Shown: one piece after another, positions 50,621-63,635 of the stretch
Position numbering within the stretch: the stretch's first letter is position 1
Layout of the letters: the number at the start of each line of letters is the position of its first letter
Origin: Vicugna vicugna
Taxonomy: Eukaryota
NCBI GenBank assembly: GCA_013265495.1
Contig: MU057521.1
Location: 1,934,335 to 1,998,334, forward strand
Length of the DNA: 64,000 nucleotides
Direction: 5' to 3'
Program-made: the position numbers and the translations under genes
Notes under the pieces: generated by a model
Told to the model about the DNA's origin: nothing
What the model saw: the letters and a program-made list of their open reading frames with translations, nothing else
Database searches by the model: none

Positions 50621-52617
50621 TGAAAGGCATCCCAGGAATGCAGTGATGTGGGCAGAAACCGAGTGGATGCATGCCACCGAATGCTTTCAATGGGACGGAA
50701 TCAGCGGCCGTCCAGAAAGACTCCAGTGAAAACAGAACTTTAGGATAATCAGCAATTTCATCTCACCTAAGCATTTCGAGGCCTTCCAAAATGATTGTTC
50801 TAAATCAGAAACTCAGGAAAAGTCCCGTGGGGACAGGAGACCCTCACGACGGGGGAAGGGGTTCTGCTTGCTGGTTCCTGCCGCAGCAGGCTGGGTTCCC
50901 AGTGATCTTTCCCCATTTTAGGGGTGTTGCTTTCTCACGTCTCTGCTACCGGCATTAAAAGAAAATCAGGAAGCAATCCCATTCATAAATATCCGGTGGG
51001 GCTTGAAGGAGACAGCGGAGCCTGTGTTTGGACAGTTTGGATAGGCTACGCCCCCTGCACGTGTATGCGATGACTTTATGTATTTGTCAGGAAATGCCCT
51101 GAAGTGTGTTCTTCATACACAGGGACTGGGTTTTCTTCTTTGGGCTGAGGGAGGGGAGGGGGACGAGCAAGATGCGCTTCCAGAACTTGCAGTGTTTACC
51201 TGGGGCATACCATTGTTGACTGGTACCCAGGCTACTGTGAGAGCAGAGCCCTGAGGAAACGCTTGGAGACACTGAAGGCTGGTTTGGGTTTCTTGGCAAC
51301 GAGAAGCCAGAGCCCCAGGAGATGCTGTCGGGTGGCTAACTACAGGGGCTCTCCCAGCCAGAGGGAGGAAATGTGAAATATTTCAGTTTGGTGCTTCCTA
51401 AGATTAAAATTACCTGTTGGGGTCTAATATCATTTTCTTTCAGTAGCTTTCTCACCAGATACCCTCACTTTATCGGTGGGTGAACTATCACAGGGCTGTG
51501 TTCTAACACAAATGAGCTGCACTCATTCTGGTAGTGTTACTGTTATGAACAAAATAAATGGTTGGCCAGGATTTAGCTGACATTTTTGAGCCTCTGATGG
51601 CAGCAGAATGAAAAGCCTCTTACTCGTGTCATTTTTTAGATAAACCTGTAATTCTCAGGTCCTTTACCAAAACTGGCCACCTAGACTTTGGATACACAGT
51701 GCCAGTCTGCATTCAATTCACGTTACTTCAATAGATATGCGGAAAACACAAATACTGGAGTAGGTGCTACTGGCAACACAAAAATCAAAAAGGCTGTGAG
51801 CCCTGTCCTCAAGCAACTCACAAATGAAGGCGCAAACATGAACCCCAACTGGAGGATTTGGGAAGGCTTCCCGCGTGGAATCTTCCAGGAAGAGATGGCA
51901 TTTGACCTGAACCTTCACCCACAGCTCCGTTCCCACCTGCACACTGTGGCATTCAGAGAGCCACTGAGTCATGCTTATTCATGGCTGGGGTTCTATGATT
52001 TTACTTGTTTTTAATCCATCTGATATTTCAGGGGTTTCCTGCCACAATCCCTTCTTTAAGATCAATACCATTTAATATGCTCAGGGAACAGTCAATAAAA
52101 AAGGAATTCCTTCTGTCCTCCCACCCCGAAGAAGGAAGCCTTCCTTCAAATCCTAAAAAAATTTTCTAGATATGATTATCCACACAGTTGCAGGGGAAAT
52201 GCACCTCCAGATAAAGAAATCTCAATCATTTCCACCCTTTGAATACTACAGTTTGTAAAATCCCATGAAGGAAATGACTCTTAGTTCTCATGAAATTCCC
52301 ACTGGGGAACCACTGGGAGCCACAGTTAGGAAAGAGATGATCCTTTTGCTTATTCCTAAGTCCTTCCGTTTGCCCAGGGCCTCTGCCACCTCTGAACCTC
52401 ACAGCAATTTGGTTTTCTCGTCTATCGTGTGTGTTGGAGGAGGTGGTGGTTTGAGTCCATGACTCGTCTCTGTTACGTGGAAAGTTCTTGGCCATCAGGG
52501 ACTGCTTTCTTCATTTCTACATTTCCCACAGTGTGTGTCTTTAACAGGGTTGGTGTTCACTGAACAAATGAATAAACAAATGGGTGAAGTAAAGAAATAT
52601 CACAGAGATGTCTCTGC

Positions 52618-52828
52618 CAGGGCTTAGAAAGCCTTCAGTAAAGGACCAGAGAGCAAATATTTTAAGGCATCCAGTCTCTATTAACTACTCGACTCTGCTG
52701 TTTTGATAGGAAAACAGTCATGGACGATCTGTAAACAAGTAAGTATGGCTGTGTTCCAATAAAACTTTATTTACAAAACCCAGGGACGAGCCAGATTCGG
52801 CCCACAGGTCATAGTTTTCTGACTTGCT
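52618..52828. mobile_element. MER58-like hAT-Charlie MITE
   Basis: gtaaaggaccagagagcaaatatttt...tggctgtgttccaataaaactttatttacaaaa...gccagattcggcccacaggtcatagttt. Confidence 0.85.
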
Positions 52829-55225
52829 CATCTACCGTTTTTTTTCTTTGCCATACACCTCACATATTCTTCAAATTTTCATATGGTATCTGTGCTTTTA
52901 TGCCATCAAGGGCAGCAAATGTAAACATTCAAGAGTTGTTTTGGAACTCCACATTAATGAATCCACAAAAAAACCCCACCAAAAAACAAAACAAACAAAC
53001 AAAAAAACCAACAACAAAGAAACAGGAAGGCACATACAGAAATTAGCTATTATTCTAAGTAAGAGCTGGGAGTGGCTTATATTGTATATCATATGCCTTT
53101 AAAAGGATCCATTCTTAGCCCCAAAATGAAGGTACTAGTTTTGCCATTTACATCATCATTATCGAGTAAACTTGACATGAGACCTCAGAATTATTGGGTG
53201 AAGGGTCTGGTGCTGGGGCGTGGTGAACTTGACACTTTCTTGGAAAGGGGAATAAATGCCGTCCCACCGACCGTTCCTATTCTCCCCTAGATCGTTGGGT
53301 CTCTGATTTTACTGCTAAAATCCTTCCAAAGGTTATTAATGCAGAGGACACGCCTTCCTCTTGATGACCCACTGGAAAACATCCAGCTAACAAAGAGCAC
53401 AGCAGATCTCAAAAGTGCAGCGCCCCAGAGAGGTAAGGGGCAGCTACGAGACCTTGATGGAAACAAGATGTCCCAGGCTTGCCCTCCTGGCCCAGTTGGA
53501 GAGTGCCCCTCCCATCATTACCCTCTGCTTCACTATCAGGCCACCTTTTGTGTGTAATACAGTTTTTTTTTTTTTTAAAAAAAAAAGGGATTTGGCTTTG
53601 AATTATGGTGTAAATCCAAAGGATGCCAAGTCTTGAGGTCAATTGCTTGGTTTGGAAAAACTCAACTAGTGCTTTTCGAAGTTTGAGGAAATACACAGCA
53701 AACAACGTTCAAATGAGTGCCCAGCTGACAGATTTTGCAATGGTTGCTCTAAGGTGGGGATCTTCAAACCCCATCGGTCATTGTCAGGGTCACGAAACAG
53801 TTCTAGATTAGAAGGATTCAGTGCCTTAGGAAAAGGACAAACCCCTGACTCACAAACGGAAGGTATCATTGGGGAAGGGGAGGGTGTCAAAATACCTGAG
53901 TTCCAGCCCACCACGTTCAACCTATGTGACTTGAAGCAAATTATCTGATGTTTCTATAACTTGTCCTAATTTTTAACACAGAGCTAGGACATCCACATTA
54001 CAGAGGAGAAATCTGGGAAGCAGATGACATACTGTATATATGGCCCAATTAATTTCAACAAATGTTGAGAGTCTATTACAGGCTTGCCTTGGGGAGTGAA
54101 AAATGAATATGCCACAGACTCTAAGAACAAAGGCAGGGGATCACAACTTGCTGCTTTTCTGCAACATTCTAGTGCCACCTGACCTTGTTATCAGTCACTC
54201 TCCCCTGCCCCCGCCCCGCTGCTGAGAAGAGCTCTTTACTCACAATCCTCTTTTGCCTCCACTCCAAGAAATGGAGAACCAGCACATCTGTGGGCAACCC
54301 TTGATCTCTATTTCCTTTAAGCCAGCTTCTTGGGTTGTGCCAACAGGACACAGACAAGTGACTCAAGAGGAAAAATAATACATAAGTCAAGGACTTATTG
54401 GACACATTTTAGGTTGCATCCAGTATCGAGAGAGATGCTCTTAATCTCTTCTGAGGCTTCACAAGAACTTATCTGCCCCTTTCTGCTGGTTTCCAGCTTT
54501 CTTAATATTGAAAACTTTGACCTGAAATACGAAATCTTTGAAGAGTCTGTCTGGAGAAGTTCCAGAAGTTTCGTGTAGCAAACTAAATGGGCTCCTCTGA
54601 TTAGTGTGTCTAGAACAATGCAGGTAAAATGTCTTTTAAATCAATCATTCTAAAGTTAGCTTCCAAGGACTGCCACTCCAGCACCAAGAAACAGGACGAC
54701 ATGAGTTTATTTCATCAGGCACTGGCGGCATTCTGGGCAAAGCAAATAGAAAATCTCGAGGAAAAAAACAAGAAACTTTCAGAGCCTGCTTTGGGCCCCC
54801 TCACATTCCTTTTTTAAGCATGACAAGATTGATCCTGGGCCACAGATGCAGCTTTTGGATGTCAGATGCAGGCAGATGTTTTCCCTTAAACCCGTTGTCT
54901 CTCCCTCAATCTGTTTATAGCTGTTTCCCTTTCAGCCTGCACCTCATGTTCTCACTAACTGCACGTCCCAAAGGTTTCTTCCCTCCACACCAAAAAGGGG
55001 CACCTTTCTATAATTTCTTCTCTTTTCTATATGAAATGCATCCACTAACGAAGTTAGCTGTTTACCCATTACTACTATGTTTGGTTCCTTGGCCATCTTC
55101 AGGAAATATTGTAGTAGAAGTCCCCTGTAAATTAAGTCCCCAAAGTTATGTGGCATCAGAAAGGGGAAAGAAGTAAACTATTGAGCTCACATGACCGGTA
55201 TTAACCTCTTAAATCAACTGGTATC

Positions 55226-55370
55226 CTTTAATGAAAAATAATATGAAAATGAATATATGGATGTGTGTGTTTGTGTGTGTGTGTGTGTGTGTGTATAAAC
55301 TGAAACACTATGCTGAACACCAGAAATTGACACATCATAACTGACTATACTTCAATTAAAAAAAAAAAAG
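55226..55370 (+). mobile_element. Short young L1 3' tail with internal (TG)n expansion and exact TSD
   Basis: tgctgaacaccagaaattgacacatcataactgactatacttcaatt followed by an A-run; TSD tcaactggtatc at 55214-55225 and 55371-55382. Confidence 0.88.
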
Positions 55371-55629
55371 TCAACTGGTATCAGTTGACAGGCTCCCTTG
55401 ATGACGTCAGGGTTATTTACCGAAACCTGTGGGGTTTTTGTTCTGGGCTTACAGATGCTCTTCCTACAAGTCAGACCAATTATGTGAATTATGCAGATTC
55501 CATGGCAGCCAAACCAAGTGACAGATTTCAGAGGTTCTTCTAACCTCGCTCACTACAGATTCATCCAGAATATGATCCAGACGAGGATAACGTCTGCTGC
55601 TAGTTCTCATACGCACAAGTGACACGAGA

Positions 55630-55950
55630 CACGGGAGCTTCTTAGGGGTGATGGAATAGTTCTGTATCCCAGAGGCAGCGGAAGTTGCAGGAATCTATAC
55701 ACATCCACGCACACACACAGACCAGTACCAGGAAAACTGGTGAAATCTGAATAAGGTCTGGAGATGACACAGATGTCAGTCTCCCTGTGTTACTAATGTG
55801 TATACTATATACATTACTCTACATGCTATGGTCCTACAAGATGTTATTATCACTAGAGGAAGCAAAGGGGAGGATACATGGGGCCTCTCAGGTGCTACTT
55901 TTGCAACTTTTTGCGTCTTTTGTTTCTGAAAAATAGAGAGTTTTTTAAAG
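55630..55950 (+). mobile_element. Old L1M (L1MC/MD-like) 3'UTR fragment
   Basis: ggggtgatggaatagttctgtatc, gaaatctgaataaggtctg, ctacttttgcaacttttt. Confidence 0.7.
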
Positions 55951-56449
55951 TGCCATGAGAAAGTGAGTGTTCATCCGGCAGTAGCTTGCCCAACACAGCC
56001 AAACTGCACTTGAAGTTCTGTGCTGCTTCTTTTCCTAGTCAGAGGATTTTAAAGGATTTCCCATGACCTTCCCTTAAGAAATGAAGTCAACGTATCTTCT
56101 GATCGGGTACCATGTAGCCTCTCTGAATTGGAGAGGAGGCGAGAGTGGATGGGGAAGGATAACTACGTTTCTGAAAGGTTCACACTGAATTTGGCAGTTT
56201 CTGCATTACAACCAGGGTTCTAATAAGACAGCATCTTTCTGATGTTGCCTGGGTGTTCCCTGTGACACAGAGGTTTAAAGGGTAATCAGGTCATTAGATA
56301 AAGAACGGGGTGCGGGGAGGAGAGAGGACTGTAACCCAGGCCACGATTTTGCTCTTCTTTCCATCTAAACAGGTCTGCGCATCCCTGCTTACCCGGCATT
56401 ATCCTTCAGCTGTCCACCAGCTCCCTCACTTTCCGGTTTACTTCGCTGT

Positions 56450-56572
56450 CATCTGCATCTCTGCCTTCATTACCGGCTCCATGAGAAGCCTGTGGCTTCT
56501 GTTCACCAGTGCATCCCAACGCAGAGGGCAGTGCAGTATTTGTTGACTGAACGGCTGAAGAAATGAATGAAA
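56450..56572 (+). mobile_element. L2 3' end
   Basis: gctccatgaga...ctgttcaccagtgcatccca...tatttgttgactgaa. Confidence 0.6.
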
Positions 56573-57306
56573 CATCTCCAAAGCAATGGCCCGGTATTAG
56601 ACTGTGGCAATCCTCAAACCCACAGGTCATTACAAAACGACACAGAAATCGTTCAGGCTGATTTATGTACGTCAAGGTCATTTTTCTTGGCTAAGAGAAT
56701 AAACGTGACACAAATGTGAGTGATGTCTTTTGACACTAGCAGCTGACTTCCAGAGCTACGGGGATCCCAACGAAAAGGCCAGCTTTCCTGTTGAATTTTC
56801 AGTCTAGGCAGAAGGAGACCAGAAGTAGGTAAACAGACGGGGAGATGGGAGCAAACGTCTCTCTAAATACACACACGCACACATTTTCTCATCTCCAACC
56901 ACAGAATGGGATCTTGGTACTTCCTCTCCCTGCAGTGAATGGGGAGTCCTCTACCAGGTGCAGACAGGTGGGGCAGGCATAGGTAGGCAGAGAAAAGGGA
57001 GAAATGAGACACTGAGAAACACATGAGACCCGAGAGTCGGGAGTGAGGGCTGCCCGGGCCCCCAGTCACCAGTCCAGAGCAGTCTTCCTCTGCAACACGT
57101 CACGTCACTGTTCAAACCAGGAGAGGCCTCGGACAGCCCGCTAAGCCAAGGTATCAGAAGAAAATGCTTAGAGGGCTGTGTTTTCAGATGTGGTGAAATG
57201 TTTTAAGTAAATGACTAACCTTACATGTGTTTGCTTTAGTGAGAAACCCTCCCTGCTCCCCCCCCCACCAAAAGACCCCTTCAAATCATGGGAATAAGAA
57301 ACAAGG

Positions 57307-57319
57307 AGGTCAATGACCT
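57307..57319. promoter_or_regulatory. Perfect nuclear-receptor IR1 element (FXR/RXR-type), AGGTCA-A-TGACCT
   Basis: gAGGTCAaTGACCTc read directly; forkhead-like TGTTTGC (57228) and GTAAATA (57446) nearby. Function not demonstrated. Confidence 0.5.
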
Positions 57320-57809
57320 CTCAACTTGAAAAAGTCTCCTTGAAGCCAAGCTGCCTGAAGTCAGTCTTCTGATACCAAAGTCAGCCTGGGCCGACTCCCC
57401 TTCTATTCATGCTTCTCTTAAAAGAAAACAGGCTGGATGGTTTCAGTAAATAACAAAAGGTCAAGAGAAACGCTATTCACAACATGAGCAAAATAACAGC
57501 ACAATCTCTGCCAAACAATTTCCTAAGGCCTAACAGGCAGAACAGCCCAGCGGTGAAGCAGCCCACAGACCTGAGGGCGGGAGGAGAGGCCCGTCCCACG
57601 ACAGCCGGCCAGGAGGCCCTGGTTCCTACGTCATCTACAAGGAGGGAGAATGGAGACCACGCCATCAAGTTCAACCAACAGTTAAATTCCACGTTTCACG
57701 TAAAGGAGTCGGTTCTCTGCGTGTGTGGTTTGTTTTTCCAGGCTCCTCACCTTGGATTATATTTTTGACATTAGAGCCGAGTGGCAATGTCATGGTGAAA
57801 CAGCCAAGC

Positions 57810-58113
57810 TTCGCCGGTCTCTGTGTTTGTGAGTGCCACATCCACGGATTCCGCCAACCACACACGGAAACTATTCAGGGAAAAAAAGTTCCAGAAAGTT
57901 CCGAAAAGCGAGAAGTGAATTTGCCATAGGCTGGCAACTGTTTACACAGCATTCACACTGTATTGGGTGTTATAAGTAATCTAGGGGTGCCTTGACGTTG
58001 GTAGGCAACATGCAAATACTGCACCACTTTATAGAAGAGACTTGAGCATCCTCAGAGTTTGGTTCCATGGGTGATCCTGGAACCAATTCTTCTCAGATAC
58101 CAAGGATGACTGT
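57810..58113. mobile_element. MER2/Tigger-family (TcMar) non-autonomous DNA transposon
   Basis: catccacggattccgccaacc, gtgttataagtaatctag, atgcaaatactgcaccactttatagaagagacttgagcatcc, cctggaaccaatt...ataccaaggatgactgt. Confidence 0.8.
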
Positions 58114-59922
58114 TCTCAAAACTAAAGCTCAGAGCCAATTTTTAAAAAATCTCCTGAATGAAAGTTCCAACTGGTTTAACTCCATTTGCCTGAGATGGGC
58201 ACTCATGTTCATTTTCTCTTCAGAATTCCTCTGAGGTGAACTGGATAAAAATACCATTACAAGAGCTTTAGGGAGAAAGAGAGAAAGAGACAAACACATC
58301 CAAGGCAGAAACCAGGACTCTCCGCCCTCAGGACGCTGCCCCAACTGATTCTGCATCAGCAACCTGCTTGGATACCATCTTCTCGGGCCATTACTGCCCT
58401 GAGCCTTGCCACCAAGTCACCAAGGCCACACCTGAACCCTGTCACCAGACTTGCTGCAGTGACTGGGTCTTACTCTTCTCTGGCCTCCACGGGGCCTTGC
58501 AAGCGGGCAGCAGCATATTGAGTCAATGGCACCCGTGTTCTACCACATTCCTGGTTTAAAACCATAGAGCAGTGTTTTGCCAAATACCTCCTGTGAAAAA
58601 CTAGTCTGGCAAGATGATACATGGGTGCAAAGTAATTCTGATTCCACGATGCAACACGTTTTGGAAATGCTTTGGAAAATGACTACATCCCCCCCTTTTG
58701 GAATCAGAAAGCATTTGAGCAAATGAAAGATTTGAAGTCCTACAGGAAAGTCCCATGTGACTTTCAGAAACCCTTTCTCAATTCATACCTGTTACCATCT
58801 CGGGGAACTAGTGTTTTGTAGAGGACATACTGGAGAACTCAACTTTAGAGCAATTTCTGATTCATGGCTAATCACATCCAGTCTGTCGTTAAGTCCAACT
58901 GACCCGTCCTTCACGCTACATCATTGTGGTGAACTCTGCCCACTGAACACCCACTGCTAGTTTCCTATTCCTGAACCTATTGCTATGTAAGATCATCAAG
59001 TCATAGAAAGTCAGACGGAAGTGCTCTTAGAAATCATCGCGGAGTAAAGGTCAATGCCTGAATTTCAGAGTTGTTAACCAAGGCCCCCACCATGAAGGGA
59101 CTGGCCTTAAAATGTCACGATACAATACTGTTTGGCTTCCTAAAGCCAAGGGTGGTTTCAGGCATCTATGCGCTGCCCTGCAGCCACACTGCACACAGGG
59201 CTTCCAGGAGTGGGTCCCCACTGGGGAAGAGAGGGAAAGAGAAGCAGGGAAGCACCTGAGCACCCACTGAACGCCGTACACTAGCACCTCCATCCTCCCG
59301 CTTAACCCTTAAGCATCTCCTGTCTCAGTTTAAACAAACCCCTGGGTCACGTACATGAAAAACGAGGCTACTTGAGGCCACACAGTAAGCAAGAAACTGT
59401 GCCAGGATTTGAGCCAAGAACAGTTTGACTCCAAAACACATACTCCTGCCAGTGTGTCATCCTCCCTCCACAAAGAGGCCCTCAAGAAAAGCATGTGCAA
59501 TTACATATTAAACAAGGAATTTGCATATCTGAAATGAGTGGCAGACTACGGCCACTGGGGCAAGGAAGAATACACAGTGAGCCTTTGTTTTCCACCAAAA
59601 TCCTCTACCCTGTGCAAAGGCGAAGAAGATAAGTGAATTTTTGAAATTGCTATTAAGGAAATGAAAATTTTTTAATTAGTGAAATTTGAAACAAGTCAAT
59701 CAAGCCACGAGAATGAAATTCTGCTGTTATTGAATATCGCAAGTAATACATTTGCAGAGTTTGGCATGATCACTTATCATTAGAAGTTATTGGCTTCTCT
59801 TATGAAGTATTGATCACTTTGGTTATGTTTCATGAAATCTATGGTGGGTACAAGTCCAGTAAATACGGTAACCATGGTGATGGTAGCATATTTTTATTTT
59901 ATGTCAAAAACATATACCCTTT

Positions 59923-60063
59923 TAATAATACATAACGGAAAAGAATCTGAAAAGAAAAGAAAACGTATCTATGTACATGTATAACTGAGCTGCTTTGCTG
60001 TACACCTGAAACTGACATTGTCCATCAATTACACTTCAATATAAAATAAAACTGAAAAAAAAA
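59923..60063 (+). mobile_element. Short young L1 3' tail
   Basis: ataactgagctgctttgctgtacacctgaaactgacattg...cttcaatataaaat; flanking repeat ataccct on both sides. Confidence 0.85.
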
Positions 60064-61299
60064 TACCCTCTTCAAAACTCCTACAGTTCTAGTGGGAGAG
60101 GGAGACTTTCTCTTAGATACAGTCAATTGATAAACTACATGTTCTTTCTCATAGTCATCTCTCAATAATTCAAATTTTAAAATTCAGACTTCTTTATTTG
60201 CATTTTGAGGTATTTTGAACACCAGTAAGTGAATTTCCCACTTACTAGTGGAATTACTGTCTGTCAGAGAGTTTCTGAAGCCACATGTGGTCCACAAGTT
60301 AAAGTAGAGTATTAAAATTCGTGACAAAAATAAACCGACAATGAATAATAATAGTCACAAATCCATGAATAATCAAATTAAATTAAATACTGGCCTGGGA
60401 GGATTTATATTGCTCTTTATAATAATGTGCAACTCAGCTTAAGGAGGCCATGGAGTTTCCATACGGGCAGCAGGGGAAATTTTTAATTTGAGTACTTTAA
60501 AGTCAACCATGGCTGTGTAACCTTAAGAAAAAGAATGACTGAGGAGGGTATTTTATACTTGAATGTCAAGACAAATTGTTTAATCAGTGTTAAGTAGTGA
60601 ACTCATTAGGTCTGCCCTCTGGAAATCAAAAATAAAGATAAAAATGAGTTCCAAGGGTGAATTTATGCTTATCAATCTTTTAGCCTTCAATTATGAGTGA
60701 TGCTAATTTTCCTTATATCTCAAAAAAGACATCAATGAGATCTTCATTCACTAAGATTATTAGATACAAGAAGTAAAAATTTACAAGGAAACAGAACTTG
60801 ATAAATCTTAATCATAGTTTATCTACGGAAAATTTACTTTCAAGCAAATGGACACCACCTACTTTATCACTTGCTTTATTCACATTTCAAATGCCCTTTA
60901 CTCATTCACGTTCTGCGTATGTCCTCGTGTCTTAGTGGGAGAGTGCCTTTAAAAAGTAGTATTTTACTTCCTCCCATATCCAAGTAAATCTGATGGGGTT
61001 GGTGCTTCACAGGTCTGGCACAGAGAAATTCTGCACAGAGAAATCTATCAGATGTAGAAGTAGAAGAGGCAGCAGGCAGGAATTAAGAAAGAAGCCGAGT
61101 AGGCAAAATAAATAGCTTCCCAGCATCTGCTATTTCAGGGATCGCTGGCTGCTGTCTTTGTTTTTTTTACGTGAATGCACAGACAATAGTTACCAACTCA
61201 ATAAACAAAAACATATTTTAATGGCAAATCGGATCATCCTTGGGAGGAACACAGTTCCTTGTTTCCCTCATTGTGAAAAATAACCATAGATGCTCCTGC

Positions 61300-61500
61300 C
61301 ACAGTATTCAGGGCACGCCAGGCACTGTTCTCAGCTCTTGACTCATATTAACTCCCAACAGCACTTATGAGGAAGCTGCTATTATTATAACTGGCACTTC
61401 GCAGATGAGGAAAAGGAAACATTGAGAACTGGGTGGAAAAGGGCAGAGCGGAGGCTGGAATCCAGGCAGGCTGTCCTGGATCCACAGTGCTAAGACCTGA
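61300..61500 (-). mobile_element. MIR SINE
   Basis: gccaggcactgttctcagctc...attattat...cttcgcagatgaggaaaa...ggctggaatccaggcag. Confidence 0.75.
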
Positions 61501-63399
61501 CACTGCCCTGACCCACTACAGCGTTAGCTCGGTTTCCTACTCTGACATGCTTGCACAAGAAGCATATTCAAAATAGTTAATAACTATTCTCCATATAAAA
61601 ATATATCTACAAAAAGGATTAAAATATTCTGTGATTCTACCGCTAATTCGCGTAACTGAGTCAGCCTAATCACCGGAGAGAAGGAGGCTTCTAAAGTGCT
61701 ATTTCCAAATATCAGTGACCGGGGCAAACCACTCCCTAAGAAATCAGCTGTTTACTGTATAAACCTGGGGAGAAAACTCTTTGAGGTGGACACCAGACAC
61801 TTCCGTCTTTGTAACAATTTGATTATTTCTTCCACATTCTAGATGTGAATAACTGAATAATTTAATTGCTGGAGTTAAAGACTTTTCTGTTTTTTAGGAA
61901 AATGAGATTTTTATTTGGGATTCCCCAGAATATTAGAAGATGATTCTTAGTATAATTGTGGGCAAGAAGGAAATAATATACATATTTGTGGCTATGAGCA
62001 GCTAACCAGGAAAGAAAAAAAAAAAGGAAAGAAAGAAACTGTCTGGACTTGCACAGTTCCAAAAACCACTGAATGTTTTCTTTTTTTTTCCCACCTTATT
62101 AAGCATTTGTTTCTTATCAAGGAGGATTCATTTCCCACCTGTGTCTTTTACTTTCTTGAAATACATATAAAGTTAATGTTTACTTTCCACCCACTGAAAG
62201 CTTGTTTAAGTTACTCTGTCTTTAGGTTTTATTTTCAGGAGCCCCAATTTGTTTGGCCAGTGTCAGCAGGAGAGAAGGCTTCCTTTTGAGCACAGAAAAC
62301 TCTCGACTATTTAGAATGTTTGCTTGGGAGATAAAGTGATGCCTGGCGGTTTTTCTGCTTCATAACAATTCCCAACATGACTGGGCAAAAACTAAAATGT
62401 GCTTGTACTGAATTCCATCTTTCTCTGATGAGTAAGCCTCATAAATGGGATCAGCATAATCAATGCTAGGTTTTTTCAGTAGTCCAACGTAATCTGAAAC
62501 TTCCAAATGTTTGTATTATAAATTAGTACGTATATTCCAAATATGAGTTCTGGAAAGGAGATAATATGAGATGGTCTCTTTGAGTTGTACCAGTCTCATT
62601 CTTCGCGCAAAGAATCTGACTCCAACTCCAGTGAAGATCGTATCTTCAAGGGGATCGCCACAAGGCGCCGTCCTGACAGCACACCTGTAGCATTCCCTGG
62701 ACTTCAGCAAAAACTGCAGGATGGGAATAAAAAGACAGCGGGGACGAGGCCTTCCAAGGGTCATGGGGAACTTGGGCAGAGATGAAACGTACAGGAGCAG
62801 AATTCTAAGCTCCTGAGGCTCGGTCTGCCTGTACCTGTACCTGGGGTCCCTGGCTGCTGAGTGCTTGGACCCAAAGAGCATTTGGTTGCAAGTCTGATTC
62901 CTGATTCTCTTGGAAGTCCAAGCACATACAGTGGGAAAGTCTGATCTGATCCTCTGCTTTCAAGCACTTAACATCATTTTCCCATTTGACTGATGGCACA
63001 GCAGAGGTCCACAAGAGCCAGGTGACACAGAGACAGAGCAGTGTAAGGGCAGCACCTGTCACCTTTCCCAGCTCCATAAATAAGGGCCGGATCTTTTCTG
63101 TAGTATGTGGTACTGGTCACAAAGGAAACGGGATGACAATGTGAACTGCTTGATCCAGACCATTACTTCTAACAAACGAAACAAACTCAGTGATACTGCG
63201 GGCTTAGAGCCCCTTCCTCCTCGATGGACACTGGACTGTACTCAGGAGCACAATAGCCATGGACTCAACTCTCTGCTTCGAATTGAAAAGCCACGTTTGA
63301 TTCATTCAACTGTCATTTGTTCAGTTCTTCAAAAATCAAAATGGTCTAGTGTGAATCCTGAAAGTTGAGAATATGGACTCAGAGTGATGCCACTTGCTA

Positions 63400-63635
63400 G
63401 CCAGCCTAGGTGGTGTGGTTTTAAGAGACTGGACTTCCTTTTCTCACTTTGCAGCTGACTTGCTGAGTAAACTTGGGCTCCTTGCTTCTTAACCTTGGCC
63501 TGCCCTGGATTTCCCCCGCGTGAAAAACGTGGGAAGACAAGGTCTAACGACTTCTCTGGGATGTTGTGAAGATCACTTAATGTTTTGAACCACACCATCC
63601 TAGGCGGTGCCATGTGTTACATGTTACCATTATTA
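63400..63635 (+). mobile_element. MIR SINE, decayed
   Basis: ggtgtggttttaagagactggact...gatgttgtgaagatcact. Confidence 0.5.

Noticed and set aside
62516..62881. 121-aa minus-strand ORF with a good internal acceptor
   Set aside because: No recognisable homology and no convincing donor.
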